From an uncultured Gammaproteobacteria bacterium (GTDB lineage: Bacteria > Patescibacteriota > Microgenomatia > Levybacterales > UBA12049), in the NCBI GenBank assembly GCA_964503265.1, contig CAZCYO010000004.1, positions 3,191 through 67,190 of the forward strand: 64,000 nucleotides of DNA, written 5' to 3'. The translations under genes were made by a program, and so were the position numbers. The notes beneath the pieces are model-generated. The model worked only from the letters and a program-made list of their open reading frames with translations, was not told the DNA's origin and made no database searches. Shown here in pieces: positions 55,256-64,000 of the stretch; positions within the stretch are counted from its first letter, which is position 1; each line of letters opens with the position of its first letter.

Positions 55256-56158
55256 ATGACTAACGAAAACAAACTATCAATCTCTATCTGTGTCCCAGCT
55301 TTTAATGAGGAAGCAAATATTCGAAATATTTTAGAAGGACTCTCCCATCAAAAACTTTTTCGCGTCCACATAAATAAAATTATTGTCGTATCTAGCGGTA
55401 GTACCGATAAGACTGCTGAAATCGTGGAGGAGTTTATGAAAACGAATCCTCGTCTATCGCTTATCAACGAAGAGAACCGAAATGGAAAAGCCGCCGCGAT
55501 AAATGAATTTTTATCAGTGGTCAGTGATCCAGTCGTCGTCATCCAAAGTAGCGACACGATACCAGTTGAAGATACGATAGAACTTTTATGTAGACCCTTT
55601 TTAGATGACGCGAACATCGGGATGACTGGTGGTGCCCCGATCCCACTGAATGACCCGAATACGTGTCTAGGATACATCGTACATTCATGGTGGTGGTTCC
55701 ACCGTAACATCCCACGATTTGGAGAGATAGTCGCATTCAGAAATAACATCGGGATGATCTCAGCGAAGACGGCGGTGGACGAAGCATATATCCAGGCGAA
55801 GATGATTCAGGGAGGATATAAAGTAGTTCACATCGACGAAGCGATCGTCCGAAATAAAGGAGCTGATAATTTAGGCGACCTCATTAAACAGCGCCGACGA
55901 ATTTTTAACGGCCACTCCCGTCTCTATCAATCAGAAAAAATAAAAATCGATAACATGACGAAATCCAGTCTCCATCTATTATTATTCAAATATAAAATGA
56001 AGAATTTAAAGGAAGCGACGTGGTTACTTTGTGGAATTGGAATAGAATTTTATGCTCGAATACTTGGGGCAATGGATATGTATCTCTCTAAAAAAAATCC
56101 AATCACCTGGGATATAGCAAAATCTACTAAAAAATTGAAGATGAAAGATGTATCATGA
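55256..56158 (+). CDS. Family-2 glycosyltransferase
   Basis: N-terminal 'ISICVPAFNEEANIRNILEGL' and a later 'VVIQSSDTIP' DxD-like region. GT-A fold. Confidence 0.75.
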   Translation: MTNENKLSISICVPAFNEEANIRNILEGLSHQKLFRVHINKIIVVSSGSTDKTAEIVEEFMKTNPRLSLINEENRNGKAAAINEFLSVVSDPVVVIQSSDTIPVEDTIELLCRPFLDDANIGMTGGAPIPLNDPNTCLGYIVHSWWWFHRNIPRFGEIVAFRNNIGMISAKTAVDEAYIQAKMIQGGYKVVHIDEAIVRNKGADNLGDLIKQRRRIFNGHSRLYQSEKIKIDNMTKSSLHLLLFKYKMKNLKEATWLLCGIGIEFYARILGAMDMYLSKKNPITWDIAKSTKKLKMKDVS

Positions 56159-57279
56159 TTGTCTATTTAAACTTTGCACCAATTGATTTTGTAGGAGGAG
56201 CTGAACTTTGGCTTCGAGGCATCTCAAAAGCCACAAGTAAACATGAAGAGACTTATGTTATTTCTGTTGCTTCCCAAATTGCAGATATCTATGGACAAAT
56301 TGTACTTAATAGAAAATTTAGTGAAAATAGAACACCCGAAAAAATGGATGAAGTGAAATTAATTAAACTAAATATTTTGAGTTTTATTCCCTTCAACAAA
56401 AAATTTTGGGAAGTCAGGAATATACTTAAGAAAGCACGTCTAATCTATATAAAACTTGAGCTTTTAGAATTACTAATCACAACTTATTTTATTGGGATAA
56501 GTTCACTCAATAAAGTTATCGGTGGTGTGCACTCACCTCTTCACTATACAACGAGTAAGTCTTTTTTTAGCAAACTACATAATCTCGTTTATTCTTCAGC
56601 TCTTTATGGATTTATTATTAGAAAACTAAATAAAGTACATGTGCTTAATAAAAAAGATTTATTGTATTTAATGAAGAAATATAATATTGAAAATATTATT
56701 CAAATGTACGATGGTGTCGATATGAAAAAAAATGAAAATTTAAAAACGAAAATAGATCATACTATTCTTAAAGTAATTATTGTCGGAGAATTATCATTAA
56801 GAAAAGGTACAGACATACTTATAAAAATAATTAAAAAATCTCCAAAGAACTTCTTCTTCACCATTATTGGTGATGGTCCTCTAAAAAAATCTGTTAAAAA
56901 GTTACCGAAAAAATATAACTATCATTATATTGGATATCTTCATGACAAAAAGAAATTAAATCAACTTTATAAAGAACATGATATATTATTATTCCCTTCT
57001 CGTGCAGAAACACAAGGACTCGTTATGCCCGAAGCGATGAATTTCGGACTTAAAATAGTGAACTCTGCAGAAGTTAATTTAGGAGCTCCTAAGTTTGCCG
57101 AGCTATCATCCAATACAGATGATCAAGAAGAGTATGTAAAATTACTAGATCAAGTATTTATAGAAAAAAAGTCACAACAGAAAATCAAAGAGAAAATTCA
57201 CGAGTATGCTTATAGAGAATTCTCTAACGATATCCTTCAGCCTAAATTTCTCTCTAAGATATTATCAATAAATAACTAA
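56155..57279 (+). CDS. GT-B fold glycosyltransferase (family 4/GT1-like)
   Basis: C-terminal 'LLFPSRAETQGLVMPEAMNFGLKIVNS' is the GT4 E-x7-E motif region. 4-nt overlap with the upstream gene. Confidence 0.75.
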   Translation: MIVYLNFAPIDFVGGAELWLRGISKATSKHEETYVISVASQIADIYGQIVLNRKFSENRTPEKMDEVKLIKLNILSFIPFNKKFWEVRNILKKARLIYIKLELLELLITTYFIGISSLNKVIGGVHSPLHYTTSKSFFSKLHNLVYSSALYGFIIRKLNKVHVLNKKDLLYLMKKYNIENIIQMYDGVDMKKNENLKTKIDHTILKVIIVGELSLRKGTDILIKIIKKSPKNFFFTIIGDGPLKKSVKKLPKKYNYHYIGYLHDKKKLNQLYKEHDILLFPSRAETQGLVMPEAMNFGLKIVNSAEVNLGAPKFAELSSNTDDQEEYVKLLDQVFIEKKSQQKIKEKIHEYAYREFSNDILQPKFLSKILSINN

Positions 57280-57280
57280 T

Positions 57281-58201
57281 ATGAAAAATAATATAGTTTC
57301 CGTTTCTGTAGTAATTGCTGCATATAATGCAGAAAAGAATATTAAGAGACTAACTGAATCAATCCTAACACAGAAACATAAATCTTATAAATTATCTGAA
57401 GTAATAGTTAACTCAGACAGAAGTACGGATAGTACCATCACGAAATTAAAAGAAATAAAGAATTCTAACCTCAAAATTTCTATTGCGAAAAAAAGATTGG
57501 GGTTTGCAGGAACACTGATAAAATTTATAAAATCAAATAATTCAGATATACTGATCCTCCTTAATGACGATGTAATCATTAAAGACAATTTGTTTTTAGA
57601 AAAAATTATTCAACCATTTATACACGAAAAAGATGTTGGACTCGTATGTGGCAATCCTACGGCAACTATAATTAAAAATTTCATATCAGAAGCTGTAAGG
57701 TCTGGATATTTAGCATACAAAAACATGGCAGATAATAATAACTCTGGAAATAATATTTTTACAGTTGATGGTAAGGCACTTTGTGTATCAAGAAAACTAG
57801 CAAAAACAATGACGTTTCCTGAAGAATATAGCATAATGGGAAATGTAGATAAATATATCTATTTTTTATGTATTAAAAATGGATTTAAATATCGGTACGT
57901 AAAAGAAGCCCAAATGCACTTTAAGATGCCAGATACAATGAAAGATTTTGTTAAATGGCAGACCAGAAATTATAAATCAAATAAGTATAAGGTAAAAGAA
58001 GCATGGGGCGATTTAGTGGAGAAAGAATATCAACATTCTAAAAACGATTTTAGAAACTATAAAATTATTGAATTTATAAAAAACCCTTTAGGAAGTTTAT
58101 TTATATTGATGCTTGGATTCTATTGCTCATATAAAGCAAAAATGGAACAAGATCAATTTGAAACTAAATGGGATTTAGTAGGAAGCACAAAAAATATATG
58201 A
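57281..58201 (+). CDS. Family-2 glycosyltransferase
   Basis: 'VSVVIAAYNAEKNIKRLTESIL' and 'ILLNDDVII' (DD motif). Confidence 0.75.
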   Translation: MKNNIVSVSVVIAAYNAEKNIKRLTESILTQKHKSYKLSEVIVNSDRSTDSTITKLKEIKNSNLKISIAKKRLGFAGTLIKFIKSNNSDILILLNDDVIIKDNLFLEKIIQPFIHEKDVGLVCGNPTATIIKNFISEAVRSGYLAYKNMADNNNSGNNIFTVDGKALCVSRKLAKTMTFPEEYSIMGNVDKYIYFLCIKNGFKYRYVKEAQMHFKMPDTMKDFVKWQTRNYKSNKYKVKEAWGDLVEKEYQHSKNDFRNYKIIEFIKNPLGSLFILMLGFYCSYKAKMEQDQFETKWDLVGSTKNI

Positions 58202-59787
58202 ATATAAAGAAGATTATAAATATTCTTGAGGAATACCATATGTACTTTGTGTTATTTTTCTTAATTACTGTTAGTTTTTTTGGTGTTCTTATTTATTATT
58301 CTAATGGGATGAATGTTATCTATGCTGACACAATGTCCCGCTTAGATATTTCTAGAAAAGTAATAGACAATCTTAATCCAGGAATTGCGCAGCTAGGAAA
58401 CGTCTGGCTCCCACTTCCACAGCTTCTTATGCTCCCTTTTATATGGAACGACTTCCTTTGGCATTCTGGATTAGCTGGTGGAATTATGTCGGCAATTATG
58501 TTCGTTATGAGTGGAATGTTTATTTATTTTTCGTCAATTTTAATTACAAAATCTAAGATAGCTTCGTTTCTTAGTTTGTGTATCTTTGCCTTAAATATCA
58601 ATATATTTTATTTACAAGCAACAGCGATGTCAGAATCTCTTTTCTTATGTACCGTAGCAGCAGCAATTTATTTTTTACTCAAATGGTATTATACTAGCGA
58701 TAAATTATACCTAGTACCTGCAGGTGCTGCAATTAGCGCTATGACCTTCACAAGATATGAAGGACTTTCTCTTCTTTTTGCAAGTATTGCTGCCGTCTTT
58801 CTCGTATCACTTCTTAAAAGTAGAAGCTTTTCTAAAGCAGAAGGCCAAACCATCCTTTTCTCAATTCTCGCAATCACAGGATTTACAGCATGGTGTCTAT
58901 ATCTTGCAGCTATTTTTGGTGACCCATTTTATTGGATTCATTATTATGTCGCACCAGCAACTACTGGTGATAATGCACTAAAGGCAGTAAAAATATATTC
59001 TCAGGAGAAATCATTTATTGCTGCTGTGTGGCAATATATGACCTCTACAATATGGATGGATGGTCTTATTCCAGTTATTTATGCATGTATTGGTGTTCTT
59101 ATACTTTTTTATAAATCTATTAAGGAGAAGTCATGGATGTTTCTCATTTTATTAATGCCTTTAGCCCTTTATTTATTCATGGTATTAACTCTGCAGAGAA
59201 ATACTCCAATTGTTCAACCTAATTTAACAATCGAAACTATTATTTCTGCAACTACTAGTATGGAAAATGGTTTTAACATTCGTTATGGGATACTATTGCT
59301 ACCATGGGCTGCAGTAATGTGCGCATATATATTTAATATTAAACGGTTTGGAATTCGATATATTTTTTTCCTACTATTTCTTGTACAAGTTGGTACGTAT
59401 TTTTATCCCAAATTTACAATCATTTACCAGATTCCAGCAAGAATTTATCAAAAACCATATGCTAAGGTCGTTGACTTTATGAAAGAGAACTACAATGACG
59501 GTAAGATTTTTATTAGCGCATCATCTCATGAAGATCAAATGTTTGAGATGGGATTTGATTATAAAACATATATTCACGAAGGTGCAGGAAAGTATTGGAA
59601 AGAAACACTTGATAACCCTCCGAGATATGCCACATGGGTAGTAATTGATTATGGTCATCCAGATGATACAATAGCGAAATGGAGAAATAAGGTGCAACCC
59701 CATCTTGATCGTGATTATAATCTCGTATTTAAAGATGCACAGGTCAGTATCTATAAAATTAAAACACGACCACAAATAATTATTTAA
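58198..59787 (+). CDS. GT-C-fold-like polytopic membrane glycosyltransferase (ArnT/PMT-like), tandem paralog 1
   Basis: About 11 TM helices then a C-terminal soluble domain of about 150 aa. Conserved first-loop block 'DTMSRLDISRKVIDNLNPGIAQLGNVWLPLPQLL'. It is a paralog of the next gene. Start placed at the internal Met (MNIKK) to give a 4-nt overlap. Confidence 0.45.
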   Translation: MNIKKIINILEEYHMYFVLFFLITVSFFGVLIYYSNGMNVIYADTMSRLDISRKVIDNLNPGIAQLGNVWLPLPQLLMLPFIWNDFLWHSGLAGGIMSAIMFVMSGMFIYFSSILITKSKIASFLSLCIFALNINIFYLQATAMSESLFLCTVAAAIYFLLKWYYTSDKLYLVPAGAAISAMTFTRYEGLSLLFASIAAVFLVSLLKSRSFSKAEGQTILFSILAITGFTAWCLYLAAIFGDPFYWIHYYVAPATTGDNALKAVKIYSQEKSFIAAVWQYMTSTIWMDGLIPVIYACIGVLILFYKSIKEKSWMFLILLMPLALYLFMVLTLQRNTPIVQPNLTIETIISATTSMENGFNIRYGILLLPWAAVMCAYIFNIKRFGIRYIFFLLFLVQVGTYFYPKFTIIYQIPARIYQKPYAKVVDFMKENYNDGKIFISASSHEDQMFEMGFDYKTYIHEGAGKYWKETLDNPPRYATWVVIDYGHPDDTIAKWRNKVQPHLDRDYNLVFKDAQVSIYKIKTRPQIII

Positions 59788-59788
59788 T

Positions 59789-61348
59789 ATGAACAATGAA
59801 GAATCACCAGTTGCTGCTCCGAAATGGCATGAAAGAATTATCCTGGCCCTTCTTTTTTTGACCTCTACTGTCGCGATTTATTTTTCTTATACGACTGGTG
59901 TGTTACTCGCATATAACGATGCGACTGCGCATTTGAATACGGCTCGACGGATTATCGATAGTTTAACACCTGGAATCGTACAGATCGGGAGTGTGTGGCT
60001 TCCCCTTCTTCATTTACTTGAACTTCCTTTTGTCGCGAATTATACACTTTGGCAGACGGGGCTGGCTGGGTCGATCGTATCTGGAATTAGTTTTATCGTA
60101 GGGGGAATATTCTTATATAAACTCCTTTATTACGTGACGAAGAGTTTCTGGGCGGGGTTCTTCGGGGTGCTCGTATTCGCGACGAATGTGAATATGCTGT
60201 ATTTACAGTCAACACCGATGTTTGAGCCACTTCTTATCGCGACTGCGATGGGTGCTGTATATTATCTCGCTCGGTGGTCGATGGAAGATGATTATAAATA
60301 TCTGATTTTCGCCTCTATCTGCACCATGCTTGCCACACTGACCCGTTATGACGGCTGGGCACTCTTTCTCACTACTGGTGCATTTGTATTACTTCGCAGT
60401 ATTAAAATGCGAAAAAGCTGGGACGGACCACTCATTCTTTTCTTAACGATGGCGGGATTTGGGATTTTACTCTGGCTCCTTTATAACTGGCTCATTTTCG
60501 GTGATCCATTATTCTTTTCTCGTGGTGAATTTTCAGCAGCTGCACAGCAGGATGTGCTCTTCGCACATAACGCACTGCCGACGAAACATGATTTACCTCT
60601 CTCAATCGTTACGTATTCACTATCGACTCTTCTTAACATCGGCGCGATAACGACAGCGCTTGGTGTATGGGGACTCCTGTCATTTCTAAAAAATAACATT
60701 ACCTCTGCTAGAAAATATGTCCCACTGCTTCTTATCACTCCCTATGTCTTTAATATCGCGACGCTGTATCTGGGCCAATCTGTTATCTGGCTTCCGATGG
60801 TGCCGCCATTTTTTACGACCTACTTTAACGCTCGCTATGGTGTACTCATGTTACCAGCGATCGCATTTTTCTCGGGCTACCTCGCTTCTAGAAACCTCTT
60901 TTTTAAATTTGTCGTGATCGCAGCCACAGTCGCACAGGTCATCCTTTTTATGAACCCTGCCATTCTCCCACTCTTTGGTCGAGAGATTGGTGTGATCACA
61001 CTGCAGGATACTGTCTCGAGTGTAAATGCAGATACGAAAAATGCGAGTAGCTATCTTCATGATCACTATAATTCTGGACTAATTCTCGTTTCATCAGCCA
61101 GTAGTGATGCATTTATTTTCAGAGCTGGGATTCCACTGAAGCATTTTATTACTGAAGGATCAGGGCACTACTGGAAAGAGTCATTAGTTAGTCCAGCGAA
61201 GTATGCATCGTGGATCGTTTTCTTTAGAGATCATACAGATCGTGTCGGAAAAGAAATTTATCTATCATCAGAACTTACCAAAAATTTCACAGAAGTATAT
61301 CATGATAACACCTACCGAATATGGAAAAAAGACATATCAGAAAACTAA
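59789..61348 (+). CDS. GT-C-fold-like polytopic membrane glycosyltransferase, tandem paralog 2
   Basis: Same architecture; 'DATAHLNTARRIIDSLTPGIVQIGSVWLPLLHLL' aligns with paralog 1. Higher GC than paralog 1. Confidence 0.45.
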   Translation: MNNEESPVAAPKWHERIILALLFLTSTVAIYFSYTTGVLLAYNDATAHLNTARRIIDSLTPGIVQIGSVWLPLLHLLELPFVANYTLWQTGLAGSIVSGISFIVGGIFLYKLLYYVTKSFWAGFFGVLVFATNVNMLYLQSTPMFEPLLIATAMGAVYYLARWSMEDDYKYLIFASICTMLATLTRYDGWALFLTTGAFVLLRSIKMRKSWDGPLILFLTMAGFGILLWLLYNWLIFGDPLFFSRGEFSAAAQQDVLFAHNALPTKHDLPLSIVTYSLSTLLNIGAITTALGVWGLLSFLKNNITSARKYVPLLLITPYVFNIATLYLGQSVIWLPMVPPFFTTYFNARYGVLMLPAIAFFSGYLASRNLFFKFVVIAATVAQVILFMNPAILPLFGREIGVITLQDTVSSVNADTKNASSYLHDHYNSGLILVSSASSDAFIFRAGIPLKHFITEGSGHYWKESLVSPAKYASWIVFFRDHTDRVGKEIYLSSELTKNFTEVYHDNTYRIWKKDISEN

Positions 61349-62616
61349 GAAGATATAAGATCGCGATATACTCAGGAATACTTCTGATCCTTTTTTTTAT
61401 GATGGCAGGTAAAGTAATTCACCATACATTACCTATCCATATCAGTGCTGATAGCGATTCACTCCTGTGGAAATATCAGTGCATCGATACCATGAAAACC
61501 TCTCGTGATCGCGCGCGAAACTGGCAAGAGAGTAAAGACCTGCATAACTCTATCACGAAACAAGTCACGCTTATTAAAAGTCTCGGTGCGAACTGCATCG
61601 CGATCGATACTCCCTATGATGCTGAATTTAAGGAATATCTCACCGCATGGGTTAGTGCGTCACGAAAAGAACATCTGAAGATATGGTTCCGCGGAAATTT
61701 TTCAGGCTGGGAGGGATGGTTCGACTATCCACACACACTCACATCTGAAAAGTTATTACGAGATACTGCTATTTTTATCCAAGCGAATGCTGATCTTTTT
61801 GAAGATGGAGATATATTTACTCCAGCCCCCGAAGGAGAAAATGGTGGTGAATTTAATCAGGTTGAAATTGACGAATACCCTGCATTCCGATCATTTCTCT
61901 CAAATGAATATATTATCGCCAAACATTCATTTGAAAAAATTGGGAAAAAAGTCGAAGTGAACTGGTTATCTATGAATGGAGGATTAGCTCGTCGCATGCT
62001 GGATCAGGAAACTATTAACGCGACAGGAAATCTGGTTACGATCGACCACTACATAAAAACCGCACCAGAGATGAGTGATTACATTAATTATTTCTATACG
62101 AAGTTCGGCGCGAAAGTCGTTATCGGCGAATTCGGCGCCCCGATTCCAGATATTAACGGCTCTATGACAGAGGACGAACAGGCGAAATTTATCGATTCTC
62201 TTTTTTTTGAACTCTATAAACATCGCGATAAAGTTGAAGGAATTAATTACTGGGTGTTATACGATAGCTCAACTGCAATCATACATCCCGATGGATCACA
62301 TCTGAAAGCCGCAGCAGTCGTTAAAAAATATTTTATGCCCCTTCGCATCACAGGAATAATAAAAGACACATCCAACGAGCCGCTAGCTGATGCACAAGTA
62401 AAAGAGACAACCTATGGCCAAGTAACGAAAACCGACTCAAACGGAGAATTTTCATTTATCATCCCGCGAACAGATACGACACTTTCAATTCAAAAACCAG
62501 ACTACACGACATTCACGACACCAGTTCCCGCCACTCTCTCCACCCCCCTAACCCTCACCCTCCCCAAAACCAACCCCACCCTGTGGGATAACATTAAAAA
62601 TATCTTCAAAAGATAA
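61321..62616 (+). CDS. Membrane-anchored glycoside-hydrolase-like (TIM-barrel, GH5-like) protein with C-terminal CarbopepD_reg-like beta-sandwich
   Basis: N-terminal TM. 'VVIGEFGAPI' resembles the GH5 nucleophile strand. The C-terminal 'ITGIIKDTSNEPLADAQVKETTYGQVTKTDSNGEFSFIIP' resembles carboxypeptidase-regulatory/Cna-B domains. Confidence 0.4.
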   Translation: MEKRHIRKLRRYKIAIYSGILLILFFMMAGKVIHHTLPIHISADSDSLLWKYQCIDTMKTSRDRARNWQESKDLHNSITKQVTLIKSLGANCIAIDTPYDAEFKEYLTAWVSASRKEHLKIWFRGNFSGWEGWFDYPHTLTSEKLLRDTAIFIQANADLFEDGDIFTPAPEGENGGEFNQVEIDEYPAFRSFLSNEYIIAKHSFEKIGKKVEVNWLSMNGGLARRMLDQETINATGNLVTIDHYIKTAPEMSDYINYFYTKFGAKVVIGEFGAPIPDINGSMTEDEQAKFIDSLFFELYKHRDKVEGINYWVLYDSSTAIIHPDGSHLKAAAVVKKYFMPLRITGIIKDTSNEPLADAQVKETTYGQVTKTDSNGEFSFIIPRTDTTLSIQKPDYTTFTTPVPATLSTPLTLTLPKTNPTLWDNIKNIFKR

Positions 62617-62629
62617 GTATTTTCTTCTC

Positions 62630-62993
62630 CATAGTGATTTGCAGCTAAATCGTCCGTGTGAACAATGCGTTAAAAAAATCTTTTGGAGTGAGCGTTAAAC
62701 TGGAAGACTCCCTATTTTTTGTAATTGAAACAAAGAGCGTAAAGTTTTTGCGGAGTGAATGTTCAGGGGAAATCCGGCGAACTGCCGAAAGGGAGCGGAC
62801 GAGCGAAGCGACGGAGCTCGCTTGCGAATAAAGTGAGACAAGGGTGGAACGGACAATTCCCCGATAAATGAACGTAGCAAAAATAGCACGACTTTCACTT
62901 ACAAAAGAGTTTTGGTACTTTTTCGGCAAAAAGTACAGAATAAAAGCATAATAGAACTTATCTAATAGATCCTCAATCTAGTTGAGGATGACA
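62630..62993 (+). repeat. Dispersed structured repeat, copy 2 (about 364 nt, with a roughly 110-nt GC-richer insert)
   Basis: Homologous ends with copy 1. Internal hairpin gtactttt-tcggca-aaaagtac and 3' hairpin atcctcaa-tctag-ttgaggat-gaca; both show compensatory changes relative to copy 1. Confidence 0.75.
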
Positions 62994-63071
62994 AGAGAAT
63001 GTAGGTAAACAAAGTTACTACATCAATACATATAAAAATATCCCATTCAAATGAGAAAAAAATGTAAAACA

Positions 63072-63103
63072 AAAAAGCCCGGGATGTTAGTCCCGGGCGA
63101 AAA
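63072..63103 (-). terminator. Rho-independent terminator for the minus-strand gene 63142-63552
   Basis: gcccggga-tgttag-tcccgggc with an A-run on the plus strand (a T-run on the minus strand). Confidence 0.6.
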
Positions 63104-63141
63104 ATAAAAGATACGAATATGAAAGGATCGCGAAAAAAGGA

Positions 63142-63552
63142 TTAGACGAAGATAATCGGCAAATCGTTGAGCTCCACTGGCAAGTACTTGCACATCACTC
63201 GAGCGAGTAGGCATGTTGCCTCCCCATTCTGGATGCGTGTAACGCGATAAGCGTAAAGGACACCGTCAGGCCCTTTTTTTTTGTAAAAGGCATGAGTAAT
63301 TCCCCAGTAGGTCAGGATAATATCCTTCTCCTGAGGGACAGGCACTTCAGGGATAATAAACCCCGTAACTCCCCGGCGAAGAAGAATTTGACTTGCTTCA
63401 GTGAGCACGTCTGCTGGCCGTATAACATGAAGCCTCCCTCCCGCTAGGAGAGGAAAATTCCTCATGACTGGCCGATCAGTTTCTCGAGTTACCATGAAAC
63501 TCTCCCTTCTTGTATTGATGAGTGGCCACCGTACACGAAATGATACTTTCAT
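63142..63552 (-). CDS. Hypothetical protein (GC-elevated)
   Basis: 136 aa, about 48% GC. No motif recognised. Confidence 0.4.
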   Translation of the reverse strand: MKVSFRVRWPLINTRRESFMVTRETDRPVMRNFPLLAGGRLHVIRPADVLTEASQILLRRGVTGFIIPEVPVPQEKDIILTYWGITHAFYKKKGPDGVLYAYRVTRIQNGEATCLLARVMCKYLPVELNDLPIIFV

Positions 63553-63807
63553 CTCGTCTAGGGTGGCCTCAATTCGTATCTTTTAAACGTGCGTGAATGT
63601 AGCACCTTTTACATCTCGGTTAGTAAGACACAAAGAGACTACTTCGGTATGAGTATAACAAAAAAATACATAATTATCAAACTATAAGTCCTTTTTAGGC
63701 GTACTGTTTCTGTGCTTTATACGGTACATACTATATAATTTACATAGAAAAGCTATAGTTATTACTTTTGCTAGTACTTCTATAGGCTAAATGTGTTATA
63801 ATACCTT

Positions 63808-64000
63808 ATGGCATATTTTGATAACAACAGATCAGACAGAGGAAATGATCGTGGCGGTGACCGACGAGGCTCATCTCGCCCTTTCTCAGATCGTGGTCAG
63901 CGTGATTCACGTTCATTTGACAGACCAGCACCTCAACTTCACCCAGCTACATGTTCTAAATGCGGTAAATCATGCATGGTTCCATTCATAGCGACAGGTA
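63808..64000 (+). CDS. Hypothetical protein, N-terminal fragment (RG/RD-rich low-complexity region then a CxxC zinc-ribbon-like motif); runs off the window end
   Basis: The frame-1 ATG at 63808 is open to the window end: 'MAYFDNNRSDRGNDRGGDRRGSSRPFSDRGQRDSRSFDRPAPQLHPATCSKCGKSCMVPF...'. It is preferred over the listed frame-2 ORF 63791-63991 on composition grounds. Confidence 0.3.
   Translation, partial: MAYFDNNRSDRGNDRGGDRRGSSRPFSDRGQRDSRSFDRPAPQLHPATCSKCGKSCMVPFIATG

Noticed and set aside
63791-63991. Listed 66-aa frame-2 ORF at the window end
   Set aside because: Its composition is unlike a protein. The frame-1 ORF from 63808, which runs off the window, has an RG/RD-rich region plus a CxxC motif and is more plausible. 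Both are low confidence.

Overview
The window looks like a compact, roughly 40% GC bacterial chromosome segment. Its gene content and style resemble a Patescibacteria/CPR-like organism: small genes, a def-fmt pair, an mreBCD-mrdA block, many glycosyltransferases, a Wzy-like membrane protein with TPR repeats, and many anchored surface proteins. This lineage call is an inference from the sequence, not a database result.

Confident core genes:
- topA
- dprA, plus a NUDIX hydrolase
- mrdA (PBP2) and mreD/mreC/mreB
- def and fmt
- rpmB and rpmG
- a uracil-DNA glycosylase family 4
- a SpoU methyltransferase
- an M50 protease and a LemA-family protein
- two MFS transporters
- an RND pump with its membrane-fusion adaptor
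- a tRNA cluster: Thr(TGT)-Tyr(GTA)-Thr(GGT), with Trp(CCA) further on
- a polysaccharide locus at about 52.1-62.6 kb: a CesA-like GT2 synthase, a flippase, three more glycosyltransferases, two tandem membrane GT-C-like paralogs and a glycoside-hydrolase-like gene

Things worth a second look:
1. A family of short hairpin repeats headed by TGTCAT, resembling REP/BIME elements. Copies occur at 42.4 kb, 45.9 kb, 53.7-53.9 kb and 55.1-55.2 kb. The stems show compensatory changes between copies. One copy appears inserted into a motif that is otherwise conserved.
2. A longer dispersed element of about 250-365 nt. Two full copies sit at 50.76-51.01 kb and 62.63-62.99 kb. Two of its hairpins show base-pair covariation, so it may be a structured ncRNA or a MITE.
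3. A roughly 60% GC island at 32.84-35.29 kb carrying a single flotillin/SPFH gene. Several other single genes also have elevated GC. Together this suggests a mosaic, partly horizontally acquired gene set.
4. A regulator with an N-terminal Arch_ATPase-like domain (degenerate P-loop) and a C-terminal OmpR-type winged helix.
5. A candidate small RNA of about 230 nt, bounded by a promoter and a terminator, just upstream of the tRNA cluster.
6. def and rpmG have TGnTATAAT promoter elements ending 7-9 nt before the start codon, which fits leaderless or near-leaderless mRNAs.

No CRISPR array, transposase, integrase or recognisable defence system was seen.
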